The notes: generated by a model not told the origin, from the sequence alone. A stretch of 16,940 nucleotides of DNA from Sulfurimonadaceae bacterium (GCA_041562555.1 JBFEXS010000040.1:1-16940); one strand, 5' to 3'; positions 1 to 8,086 are shown, counted from the stretch's first letter. A program made the numbers and translations.

Positions 1-1
1 C

Positions 2-1765
2 GATGTAATGGACACTACCTTCAGAGACGGGTTTCAGTCTGTCTTTGGCGGTCGTGTATTAATGGATGACTTTTTTCCTGCAGTTGAAGCAGCGAAAGAA
101 GCGGGGATAACACACTTTGAATTCGGGGGAGGAGCGCGTTTCCAATCGCTTTATTTTTATCTGAATGAAGATGCATTTACGATGATGGACCGTTTCCGAG
201 AGATCGTAGGACCGGATGCAAACCTTCAGACACTCGCACGTGGTGTCAATACGGTAATGTTGGATACAGGTTCGCGTGAACTTGTCGATTTACACGCTAA
301 GATGTTTAAAAAACATGGTACAACAACAATCCGTAACTTTGATGCATTGAATGATGTAGAGAACCTTAAATATTCCGGTGAACGTATCACACATCATGGC
401 CTAAAGCATGAAGTGGTTGTAACGATGATGGACCTTCCTCCTGGATGTGTAGGTGCTCATGATGTGGCTTTTTATGAGAAAACACTGCGTGAAATTTTAG
501 ATTCAGGTATCCCTTACGATTCTATTTGTTTCAAAGATGCATCAGGAACCTCTTCACCTAAGAAAGTACATGACACGATCAAGATGGCACGTAAACTTGT
601 GGGAGATGATGTACATCTTCGTCTTCACACACATGAGACAGCAGGTGTGTCAGTAGCATGTTATCTGGCAGCTTTGGAAGCAGGCGTAGATGGTATTGAT
701 ATGGCAGCAGCACCGGTATCAGGTGGTACATCCCAGCCAGATATCTTGACTATGCTTCATGCAACTAAAGGAAGTGATTTTGACCTTGGCGGTCTTGAGA
801 TCGACAAAATTCTTGCCTACGAAAAAGAAGTCGCTAATGCACTTGAAGATTATTTCATGCCGCCGGAAGCGACAATGGTGTCTCCACTTATTCCATTTTC
901 ACCAATGCCGGGCGGTGCATTGACTGCTAATACGCAGATGATGCGTGATAACAACATCCTTGAGCGTTTCCCGGATGTTATTGATGCAATGCGTGAAGTG
1001 GTAGAGCGTGGTGGTTACGGAACGTCGGTTACACCGGTTTCCCAGTTCTATTTCCAGCAGGCACTTAATAATGTAATGCAAGGTCCATGGAAGGCTATCG
1101 CTCCGGGTTACGGAAAGATGGTTCTTGGATACTTCGGTAAGACACCGGTCGCTCCAGATCCAGAGATCGTAAAGATCGCTTCTGAGAAGCTTAACCTTGA
1201 GCCAACAACAGAAAATGCGATCGATTTAGCGGATAAAGATGAGACCAAATCATTAGACTATTGGAAGAAACAACTTGAACATATCGGTATCGAAGCGACA
1301 GAAGAGAACATCTTCATCGCAGCCGCGTGTCAAGAAAAAGGGCTTACATTCCTAAAAGGTGAAGCCGAAGTTAATGTTAGAAAAAATTCAGATATGCAAA
1401 CACAAGGGAGTTCAAATATGAGTTCAGGATCATACACAGTTGTAGTAAACGGCGAAAAATTCAGCGTTCAGGTTGCTGAAGGCGATGCAAACATCGAAGT
1501 AACAGCGGTTAATGGTGAAAGCGTACAGACTTCTGCACCGGCAAGTGGAGAGGGTGAAGATATTAAAGCACTTCTACCGGGTAATGTTTGGAAAATCGTT
1601 GCCAATCCGGGTCAATCGGTATCGGAAGGTGAAGTAATCATGATCCTTGAATCTATGAAGATGGAAATCGATGTTGTTGCACCACGTGGCGGTGTGATCA
1701 AGTCAATCAACGTAGCGACAAACGACAAAGTTGTCGAAGGCCAAGTCGTGGCAGTGATCGGATAG
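2..1765 (+). CDS. oadA: Biotin-dependent carboxyltransferase with C-terminal biotin carrier (oxaloacetate decarboxylase alpha / pyruvate carboxylase subunit B); 5' end lies upstream of the window
   Basis: Motifs DTTFRDGFQS, CFKDASG (carbamylated Lys), LHTHET (metal ligands), VTPVSQ and biotinylation motif ESMKME. The frame is open to the left edge (gat gta atg). Adjacent to oadB; the C. jejuni homologue is called pycB. Confidence 0.93.
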   Translation, partial: DVMDTTFRDGFQSVFGGRVLMDDFFPAVEAAKEAGITHFEFGGGARFQSLYFYLNEDAFTMMDRFREIVGPDANLQTLARGVNTVMLDTGSRELVDLHAKMFKKHGTTTIRNFDALNDVENLKYSGERITHHGLKHEVVVTMMDLPPGCVGAHDVAFYEKTLREILDSGIPYDSICFKDASGTSSPKKVHDTIKMARKLVGDDVHLRLHTHETAGVSVACYLAALEAGVDGIDMAAAPVSGGTSQPDILTMLHATKGSDFDLGGLEIDKILAYEKEVANALEDYFMPPEATMVSPLIPFSPMPGGALTANTQMMRDNNILERFPDVIDAMREVVERGGYGTSVTPVSQFYFQQALNNVMQGPWKAIAPGYGKMVLGYFGKTPVAPDPEIVKIASEKLNLEPTTENAIDLADKDETKSLDYWKKQLEHIGIEATEENIFIAAACQEKGLTFLKGEAEVNVRKNSDMQTQGSSNMSSGSYTVVVNGEKFSVQVAEGDANIEVTAVNGESVQTSAPASGEGEDIKALLPGNVWKIVANPGQSVSEGEVIMILESMKMEIDVVAPRGGVIKSINVATNDKVVEGQVVAVIG

Positions 1766-1774
1766 GTTTTGTTT

Positions 1775-3115
1775 ATGAATAAGATTTTAATCCAGTTTGT
1801 TATGCTTTTGGCATTCTCTTTTTCTGCTTTTGCATCTGATGCGGCGCATGCTGCTTCAGCTGCTCAGAGTACACATAAAGAGGAGAACTATAAGTCTCAG
1901 GGTATGGGTGAAATGATCGTAGGTTTCCTAAAGTCGACGGGTATCTATGCGCTTACAAATCCACATATTGATGAGGCTGAACTAGAAGGACTGAGTGAAG
2001 ATCAGATCGCAGTCAAGAAGTTCCATGAGTCATGGGGACGCGTGATCATGATCCTTGTGACTTTCTTGCTTTTCTATCTGGCTATTGCTAAAGGGTATGA
2101 GCCATTACTGCTTTTACCGATCGCTTTTGGTGGTCTGTTGGCAAATATTCCGGTGGCGAACATCGCTGGTCCTCATGGATTCCTGGGTGTTATCTACGGT
2201 ATGGGTCTGTCCAATGAGATGTTCCCAATCATCATTTTCATGGGTGTCGGTGCAATGACGGATTTCGGTCCATTGCTATCTAACCCTAAAACAGCATTGC
2301 TGGGTGGAGCGGCACAATTCGGTATCTTTGGAACATTGGTTGGGGCGGTTGCATTGTCTCAATATACAGAGCTATTTGACTTTACACTTCAACAAGCATC
2401 AGCTATCTCGATCATTGGTGGGGCGGATGGTCCGACATCGATCTTTATCGCGACAAAACTTGCTCCTGAACTTTTAGGTGCGATTGCCGTTGCATCATAT
2501 TCGTACATGGCGCTTGTTCCGATCATTCAGCCTCCGATCATGAAGGCATTGACAACGGATAAAGAGCGTAAGATCCGTATGACGACACTACGTCACGTAA
2601 CACGTCTTGAAAAGCTGATCTTCCCGATCATGGTATTGACGCTTGCTATCCTTGTATTACCGGAATCTACACCGCTTATCGGTGCATTCTTGTTTGGTAA
2701 CTTCTTAAAAGAATCAGGTGTGGTTGAGCGTCTAAATGACACGCTTCAAAATGCACTGATCAACATCGTAACCATCTTCTTGGGTCTTGGTGTTGGTTCT
2801 AAACTGGCTGCTGGACAGTTCCTTATCGTAGATACGCTGGCGATCATCGTACTTGGTCTGGTCGCTTTCTCAATGGGAACAGCAGCAGGTGTCCTGATGG
2901 CAAAACTTATGAACCTTTTCCCGGGTACTAAAGTAAACCCACTCATCGGTTCAGCAGGTGTATCTGCGGTACCAATGGCAGCGCGTGTATCAAATAAAGT
3001 AGGTATGGAATATGACCGTTCTAATATGCTGCTTATGCACGCAATGGGTCCTAACGTGGCAGGAGTTATCGGTTCAGCAGTTGCGGCCGGTGTACTTATC
3101 TCTATCTTCTCATAG
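1775..3115 (+). CDS. oadB: Na+-translocating carboxybiotin decarboxylase, beta subunit
   Basis: Polytopic membrane protein with [48 protein letters not shown] and [14 protein letters not shown] 1775 preferred over TTG 1769. Confidence 0.96.
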   Translation: MNKILIQFVMLLAFSFSAFASDAAHAASAAQSTHKEENYKSQGMGEMIVGFLKSTGIYALTNPHIDEAELEGLSEDQIAVKKFHESWGRVIMILVTFLLFYLAIAKGYEPLLLLPIAFGGLLANIPVANIAGPHGFLGVIYGMGLSNEMFPIIIFMGVGAMTDFGPLLSNPKTALLGGAAQFGIFGTLVGAVALSQYTELFDFTLQQASAISIIGGADGPTSIFIATKLAPELLGAIAVASYSYMALVPIIQPPIMKALTTDKERKIRMTTLRHVTRLEKLIFPIMVLTLAILVLPESTPLIGAFLFGNFLKESGVVERLNDTLQNALINIVTIFLGLGVGSKLAAGQFLIVDTLAIIVLGLVAFSMGTAAGVLMAKLMNLFPGTKVNPLIGSAGVSAVPMAARVSNKVGMEYDRSNMLLMHAMGPNVAGVIGSAVAAGVLISIFS

Positions 3116-3122
3116 AGACCCC

Positions 3123-3147
3123 TTTCGCCCTTGGGCGAAATCCCTTT
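3123..3147 (+). terminator. Probable intrinsic terminator or 3' stabilising hairpin of oadAB
   Basis: TTTCGCC-CTTG-GGCGAAA (7-bp stem, 3123-3140) starts 7 nt after the oadB stop; followed by a weak T tract (TCCCTTTC). Confidence 0.55.
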
Positions 3148-3159
3148 CAAGGTTTTCAA

Positions 3160-3762
3160 ATGAAAACAGTTTTTCTTCTATTCCTTTCCATAATCTCACT
3201 CTTTGCGCAGACATTTGTCTATGAGTGTTCAGAGAACAAACATTTTGTCATACAGTTGTTGAATGAGAAGGCTAAGCTTGTCACTTCGGGTGAAACGGTT
3301 CTCTTAAACCAGAATCCCGCGGCTTCAGCAGGAGTTCAATATACAGCAGAAGGATATTCCTTTGTTCAAGAGGGGTATGAAGCATCTTTGCAGACCCCAG
3401 AACGTCAATACAGAAGATGCTCCAATAACCGTTACAAAGCAAGCTGGGAAGATGCAAAATTACGTGGGTATAACTTTCGTGCAATAGGAAACGAACCGGG
3501 TTGGTATCTGGAGATCACGCATAATGGGAAACAGAGCATACTTGTGACGGATTATGGTCAGGAGAAATATGAACTTCATCTGCCCAGCCCCTATGCCTCA
3601 TCGGATAATCGGACGAAACGTTATAGGATAGATGGCTTTTTGGATCTTAGGATTGAGCAGAGAGGATGCCGTGACACGATGACTGGGAAGTATTATCCAT
3701 CGCGGGTCAAGCTTGTCATTGATGAAAAAAGTTATACGGGTTGTGGAAAGGTACTTGATTAG
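3160..3762 (+). CDS. Secreted protein with MliC/PliC-like lysozyme-inhibitor domain fused to a COG3650-type domain
   Basis: Signal peptide (LFA/QT). N-domain has YEC...LNQNPAASAGVQY...RRC (Cys23/Cys87 pair, SxSGxxY-like motif). C-domain has FRAIGNEPGW...CRDTMTG..YP...YTGCG. AAGG SD 7 nt before the ATG. Confidence 0.75.
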   Translation: MKTVFLLFLSIISLFAQTFVYECSENKHFVIQLLNEKAKLVTSGETVLLNQNPAASAGVQYTAEGYSFVQEGYEASLQTPERQYRRCSNNRYKASWEDAKLRGYNFRAIGNEPGWYLEITHNGKQSILVTDYGQEKYELHLPSPYASSDNRTKRYRIDGFLDLRIEQRGCRDTMTGKYYPSRVKLVIDEKSYTGCGKVLD

Positions 3763-3764
3763 CC

Positions 3765-4187
3765 CTACCAGTTAATACGCTTGTTAGTAGGAACTCCCAA
3801 CTCTATTTTCTCTCCGTCGCAAACATGATGTTGTGAATAGTCCATCTGTTCGATCTTGATCATATCTTTGATCGGGAACTCTTTTGTACAGCTGTTTATC
3901 TCTTTTACGGAAGGCATGGCAAGAACTCTCTTTGAGAATTCCAAGGCTTTGTTCTGGGCTTTGTCCCGTTGACCTTTCTGACAGAGAACCTCAATCTTTT
4001 TTTCAAGTTCGAGTGCTTCGGTTTCCAGTTTGACAAGGGGAGAAAAATCGATCTTGCTCATACAGATCTGGAGTTGTTGCATCTGGGCTATCATGGCCTG
4101 CATCTGGTTTTGATCCATTTGCATTAAAGGGTCATTAGCCCAAAGTTCTAGACAGATCATGACTGTAGGTACTAAAGTGTTCTTCAT
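3765..4187 (-). CDS. Hypothetical, probably exported helical protein (140 aa, four Cys in the mature part)
   Basis: AAGGA SD before the ATG; N-terminal hydrophobic stretch ending LWA; Met/Gln-rich helix; C42, C69, C100, C123 (HVCD). Fills the gap between flanking genes. Confidence 0.8.
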   Translation of the reverse strand: MKNTLVPTVMICLELWANDPLMQMDQNQMQAMIAQMQQLQICMSKIDFSPLVKLETEALELEKKIEVLCQKGQRDKAQNKALEFSKRVLAMPSVKEINSCTKEFPIKDMIKIEQMDYSQHHVCDGEKIELGVPTNKRINW

Positions 4188-4228
4188 CAGGGGTTCCTTT
4201 TGTGACTTGGCATGAATGGTATTAAAAG

Positions 4229-4240
4229 TATGGTATCATA
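4229..4240. promoter_or_regulatory. Symmetric bidirectional extended -10 element
   Basis: TATGGTATCATA reads TGgTATCAT on + (4231-4239) and TGaTACCAT on - (4238-4230); it lies between two divergent genes. Confidence 0.55.
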
Positions 4241-4245
4241 AAAGC

Positions 4246-5079
4246 ATGAATAACATGACTGAACCCTATCTTTTAATTCAAAAAATTATCGATGCGCAGG
4301 AGAATATGATCATCATTACCGAGGATGAGAAACCTGTAATGATGAATCGCTCTTTTTGTGATTTTTTTAATGTGCGTTCCTTTGAAGATTATCAAAAAAA
4401 CTTCGGTGCTTTCACTAACAGTTTTGTACCGCATCCTTCTTATTTTCATACCGGAAAGGTTGAAGAGGGAAGGACATGGATCGAAACACTTGAAGCTCTA
4501 GATGAGAAGGATAGAATCGTCAGTATGCTCAATACTGCCCATGAGCCAAGAGCCTTTAGTGTTAAAGTCGATAACAGCCATCCCGCTTATGCTGTCTTGA
4601 GCTTTGAAGATATCTCCGCAAATCTGATCAAGTGTATCATGATAGAGAATGATGTTAATATAGATAAGAGGAGTGGTGCCTACACTAAGGAGTATTTTTT
4701 ACATACTTCTGAGATATTGCAAGACGGTGCGGCCTTTAATGAAAAGGAGATCGGCCTGACGATGATAAGTATATTGGATGGGGATGAAACAAGTTTGGCA
4801 GACCTGGTCAAGCTCATAAAAGGGAGTGTCCGACAAAACGATATGCTGATCAAATGGTCTTCTAACATGCTCTTGATGGCCTATCTTGTTGATGAAGAAG
4901 ATAATGCTATGATCTTTAGTAAAAAGTTGCAGGATATGATGGTGAAAGAGCGGTCTAGAGGAATAAACTTCAATATCTATGTGACCCTGGTGAAAAAATC
5001 GGAGAAACTGACTACGGCGGTTGCCCGCCTAAGCAGGGTGATGAATGAAGCGGATGTAAACAAATTGAGACTGATATGA
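4246..5079 (+). CDS. PAS-like domain plus degenerate GGDEF domain protein (putative c-di-GMP receptor)
   Basis: N-terminal IIDAQENMIIITE...NRSFCDFF...LSFEDIS (PAS-like). DKRSGAYTKEYF corresponds to DxLTGxxNR. RQND-MLIKW-SSNML aligns with RxxD-x5-GGEEF. ATG 4246 is preferred over 4216 because the -10 element lies between them. Confidence 0.8.
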   Translation: MNNMTEPYLLIQKIIDAQENMIIITEDEKPVMMNRSFCDFFNVRSFEDYQKNFGAFTNSFVPHPSYFHTGKVEEGRTWIETLEALDEKDRIVSMLNTAHEPRAFSVKVDNSHPAYAVLSFEDISANLIKCIMIENDVNIDKRSGAYTKEYFLHTSEILQDGAAFNEKEIGLTMISILDGDETSLADLVKLIKGSVRQNDMLIKWSSNMLLMAYLVDEEDNAMIFSKKLQDMMVKERSRGINFNIYVTLVKKSEKLTTAVARLSRVMNEADVNKLRLI

Positions 5080-5118
5080 GCAGAAAAATTACGTGCTCTT
5101 AAGTACCGTCTGCAATAC

Positions 5119-5151
5119 TGCGTACTCCTCCAAGGATCCCGCATAGCTTTT
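5119..5151. terminator. Possible imperfect hairpin between convergent genes
   Basis: TGCG-tac-TCCT-cca-AGGA-tcc-CGCA (5119-5143) followed by TAGCTTTT on +. Weak and interrupted stem. Confidence 0.25.
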
Positions 5152-5165
5152 AAATAGCTTGACTT

Positions 5166-6290
5166 CTAAGAGAACCAGCCTTTTACTTTGTCAAATACCG
5201 ACTCAAAGGTGCTTTCATGTGGTTTTGATTCGATACCGAATGACTCCTGGAGTTTTTCTAAGAGCTCTTTTTGCTCATCCGTAAGTTTACTTGGGTAAGC
5301 AAGCTTGACTTGGGCAATAAGGTCACCTTTACCATGACCATGTACATCTGCCACACCCTCGTTTCTGAAGTTGAATTGTGCTTTGTCCTTTGTACCAGGT
5401 GTGAGTTCAAGATCAAGTTCACCGGTAAGGGAAGGGATCTTGATCGTTTCACCGAGTACCGCTTGTGTAAAGAATACCGGTACTTCCAGATAGATATCGT
5501 TTCCATGTCGAACGAAGGTCTCGTCTTCAAGTACCTTGAAAGTCACATACAGATCGCCTCGGGATCCACTTTTACCTTTATTCCCGCGTCCAGAGACTCT
5601 CAGGCGATTCTCATTGTCGATACCGGCAGGGACTTTGATAGTAACGGTGTCTTCGACTTCTTTATAGCCTGCACCTTTACAGTCGCCACACTTTTCAGCA
5701 ACTTCGGTACCCTCTCCATTACATACAGGACAGGTCTGAGAGAAGGTCATAAACCCCTGTTTCATATAGACCTGACCCTGACCGCCACATTGTGAACAGG
5801 TCTTGACCTGTCCATCTTTTGCACCGGTACCCTTACACGATCCGCAAGCCTCTTTGTATTTGAAATCGAATTCGTGTTCCGTACCGAAAACAGCCTCTTT
5901 GAAACTGATCGTCATACTGATACCAAGGTCAAGGGGATATTTTTCCTCAGGACCACGTTTGCGTCGACGGGATCCACCGCCTCCAAAACCGCCAAACATC
6001 TCCTCAAAAACAGAGCTCAGGTCATCAAAACCGCCACCAAAACCACCGCGGCTGCCACCACCGTTTTGAAGGCCTTCTTTACCGTAACGATCGTAAATAC
6101 TGCGCTGTTGGTCGTCACTTAAAACCTGATAGGCTTCATTACAAAGCTTAAAATTGTGTTCAGCTTCGTCATCTCCCGGGTTTTTATCCGGATGATACTT
6201 TTTCGCCATTTTTCTATAGGCTTTTTTGATCGTGCTTTTATCTGCACTTTGTGATACTTCTAAAATCTCGTAATAACTTAGTTCTTCCAT
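5166..6290 (-). CDS. dnaJ: Chaperone protein DnaJ (class A)
   Basis: J domain with YHPDKN, G/F-rich region, four CxxCxGxG repeats ([32 protein letters not shown]) and C-terminal GDLYV/GDLIA motifs. Confidence 0.98.
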   Translation of the reverse strand: MEELSYYEILEVSQSADKSTIKKAYRKMAKKYHPDKNPGDDEAEHNFKLCNEAYQVLSDDQQRSIYDRYGKEGLQNGGGSRGGFGGGFDDLSSVFEEMFGGFGGGGSRRRKRGPEEKYPLDLGISMTISFKEAVFGTEHEFDFKYKEACGSCKGTGAKDGQVKTCSQCGGQGQVYMKQGFMTFSQTCPVCNGEGTEVAEKCGDCKGAGYKEVEDTVTIKVPAGIDNENRLRVSGRGNKGKSGSRGDLYVTFKVLEDETFVRHGNDIYLEVPVFFTQAVLGETIKIPSLTGELDLELTPGTKDKAQFNFRNEGVADVHGHGKGDLIAQVKLAYPSKLTDEQKELLEKLQESFGIESKPHESTFESVFDKVKGWFS

Positions 6291-6357
6291 AATAAATGCA
6301 TGTCCAAAAAATAATTTGTCTAAAGAAATTTTCCACGAGAAGTGGAATGATTTTGAA

Positions 6358-6365
6358 ATTATAGC
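6358..6365 (-). promoter_or_regulatory. Sigma70 -10 element for dnaJ
   Basis: gcTATAAT on the minus strand; predicted start site near 6351, giving a leader of about 60 nt. Confidence 0.6.
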
Positions 6366-6374
6366 GAATTCAAT

Positions 6375-6383
6375 TGATATAAT
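6375..6383 (+). promoter_or_regulatory. Extended -10 element for mltA (candidate leaderless transcript)
   Basis: TGaTATAAT ends 6 nt before ATG 6390; no Shine-Dalgarno upstream. Confidence 0.7.
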
Positions 6384-6389
6384 ACAATT

Positions 6390-7493
6390 ATGAAAAATCT
6401 AATCTTTTTATCGATAGTTTTTATATTTTTTATTGCCTGTTCCTTCCAACCGACGGCAAAACTCGATGGCCTAGGCGATGGGAAGTATTCTCAGGTCACG
6501 TATGAAGATATATCCGGATGGGAGAAGGAAGAGTTTGAGAAATCCTTTGCTGTGTTTAAAAAGACCTGCATGAAAACCAAACACAGGAGACTCTATCAAC
6601 AGGTGTGTGAACGTGCAGATGAAAGTAGGGATGCAAGAAGGTTCTTTGAGGAGAACTTCACCCCGTTTATGGCACTTTCGGATAACTCCCTCGCAACAGG
6701 TTATTTTGAGCCGGTCTTGGAGGGTTCCTATGAGAAAAGCCTACAATTTCCCTATCCGATCTACGGAGTACCCTCTGATCTCGTTCGTATCGAGATTCTG
6801 GACCGTTATGAACATTACAATAATGATCCCCTGCGAGGGCGTGTCGTAGAAGGCAAGGTGATCCCCTATTACAGTCGTGAGGAGATCAATGACGGAGCAT
6901 TGAAAATTGAACCGATATGCTATGTAAAGGATAAGATAGAGCGTTTTTTCCTTCATATACAGGGCTCGGGACAGATCTCTTTGGATAATGGCGAACGATT
7001 ATATGTAGGCTACGCGGATCAAAACGGTTTTCCGTATGTCTCAATCGGTTCGCAAATGATCAAACGAGGCTTGTTGGATAAAGAAGAGATCTCTTTGGAA
7101 AGTATTCAGGATTTTTTGCAGGATAATCCTTCCATCTGTGATGATATCTTGGAACTCAATCCCTCTTATATCTTTTTTGAAGAGCGGTTAAAGGGGGCAA
7201 CGGGTTCTTTAGGTGTTGTATTGGAAGGAGGACGTTCCATCGCCGTTGACAAGACAAAGATACCCCTTGGTCTACCGGTGTTCATAAGCACGCATGAACC
7301 TTTATACGGTAGTGAATATGAGCGTCTTGTCTTTGCACATGATACCGGAGGTGCTATCAGAGGAGAAGCGCGCATTGATATCTTTTTTGGTTCCGGAAGC
7401 AGGGCACGTGAACAAGCGGGAAAGATGAAAGATGAGGTTAAGCTCTGGATACTTGTTCCCAATGATTACCTAAGCGGGAGTGGAGTAGAATAA
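6390..7493 (+). CDS. mltA: Membrane-bound lytic murein transglycosylase A (lipoprotein)
   Basis: Lipobox FIAC (Cys17); [23 protein letters not shown]; 3D domain SIAVD...IPLG...[19 protein letters not shown]. Confidence 0.95.
   Translation: MKNLIFLSIVFIFFIACSFQPTAKLDGLGDGKYSQVTYEDISGWEKEEFEKSFAVFKKTCMKTKHRRLYQQVCERADESRDARRFFEENFTPFMALSDNSLATGYFEPVLEGSYEKSLQFPYPIYGVPSDLVRIEILDRYEHYNNDPLRGRVVEGKVIPYYSREEINDGALKIEPICYVKDKIERFFLHIQGSGQISLDNGERLYVGYADQNGFPYVSIGSQMIKRGLLDKEEISLESIQDFLQDNPSICDDILELNPSYIFFEERLKGATGSLGVVLEGGRSIAVDKTKIPLGLPVFISTHEPLYGSEYERLVFAHDTGGAIRGEARIDIFFGSGSRAREQAGKMKDEVKLWILVPNDYLSGSGVE
7486..7491 (+). promoter_or_regulatory. Possible internal -10 element for recR
   Basis: TAGAAT overlaps the end of mltA, 7 nt before the recR ATG. 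Confidence 0.35.
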
Positions 7494-7498
7494 CAGTT

Positions 7499-8068
7499 AT
7501 GAAACGTGGATTGGAAAAATTTAATATTTTAGTCGAAGCCTTGGAATCATTGCCGACGGTAGGGAAGAAGTCAGCGACGCGCCTGGCTTACCATATGGTG
7601 ATGCAGGACAATTTTACCGCGATGAAGATCGCCCATGCCATAGAGAACGCATTGGGATGTCTGCGTAAGTGTAGTGAGTGTGGCGGATTGTGTGAAGATG
7701 AACTGTGTGATATCTGTGCGGATGAGACAAGGGATAGAGAGCTTCTGTGTATTGTTGAAAATGCAAAGGACATATTGACGTTGGAAGAGGGGGGCATCTT
7801 TGATGGCCGTTATTATGTGTTGGAAAACCTTGACCATTTTGATTCTTCACATCTGGTTGACTTGGTGAATACGGGTGTCAAAGAGATAGTGTTTGCCTTG
7901 ACACCATCGATCGGGAATGATGCGGTAATGCTCTTTATCGAGGACAAGCTTAGCCTATGTGATGTCAACTTTACCCGTATTGCCCAAGGGGTCCCGACGG
8001 GCGTAAGTCTCGAGAACATAGATCTTCTTTCGTTGAGCAGAGCGATTGAGGACAGGGTGAAGGTGTAA
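7499..8068 (+). CDS. recR: Recombination mediator RecR
   Basis: HhH motif LPTVGKKSATRLAYH, zinc finger CSECG...CDIC, TOPRIM motif LCIVE...D and TRIAQGVPTG. Confidence 0.97.
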   Translation: MKRGLEKFNILVEALESLPTVGKKSATRLAYHMVMQDNFTAMKIAHAIENALGCLRKCSECGGLCEDELCDICADETRDRELLCIVENAKDILTLEEGGIFDGRYYVLENLDHFDSSHLVDLVNTGVKEIVFALTPSIGNDAVMLFIEDKLSLCDVNFTRIAQGVPTGVSLENIDLLSLSRAIEDRVKV

Positions 8069-8086
8069 AAGGATCACACAGGTGAC

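Noticed and set aside
2746..3224. 137-aa minus and 70-aa plus ORFs over the oadB 3' end
   Set aside because: Shadow or alternative frames of oadB with no independent support.
5089..5130. Minus-strand GGAGGAG followed by TTG and an 8-codon micro-ORF downstream of dnaJ
   Set aside because: SD spacing is long, the start codon is weak and the motif is part of a hairpin; no evidence of coding.
5271..6122. Plus-strand ORFs of 174, 88 and 82 aa inside dnaJ
   Set aside because: Antisense shadows of a conserved gene; the Pro-rich text is the reverse complement of Gly codons.
6329..6337. TTTTCCACG, an 8/9 match to the DnaA box TTWTNCACA
   Set aside because: Single imperfect box with no cluster, unwinding element or dnaA nearby; not an origin.
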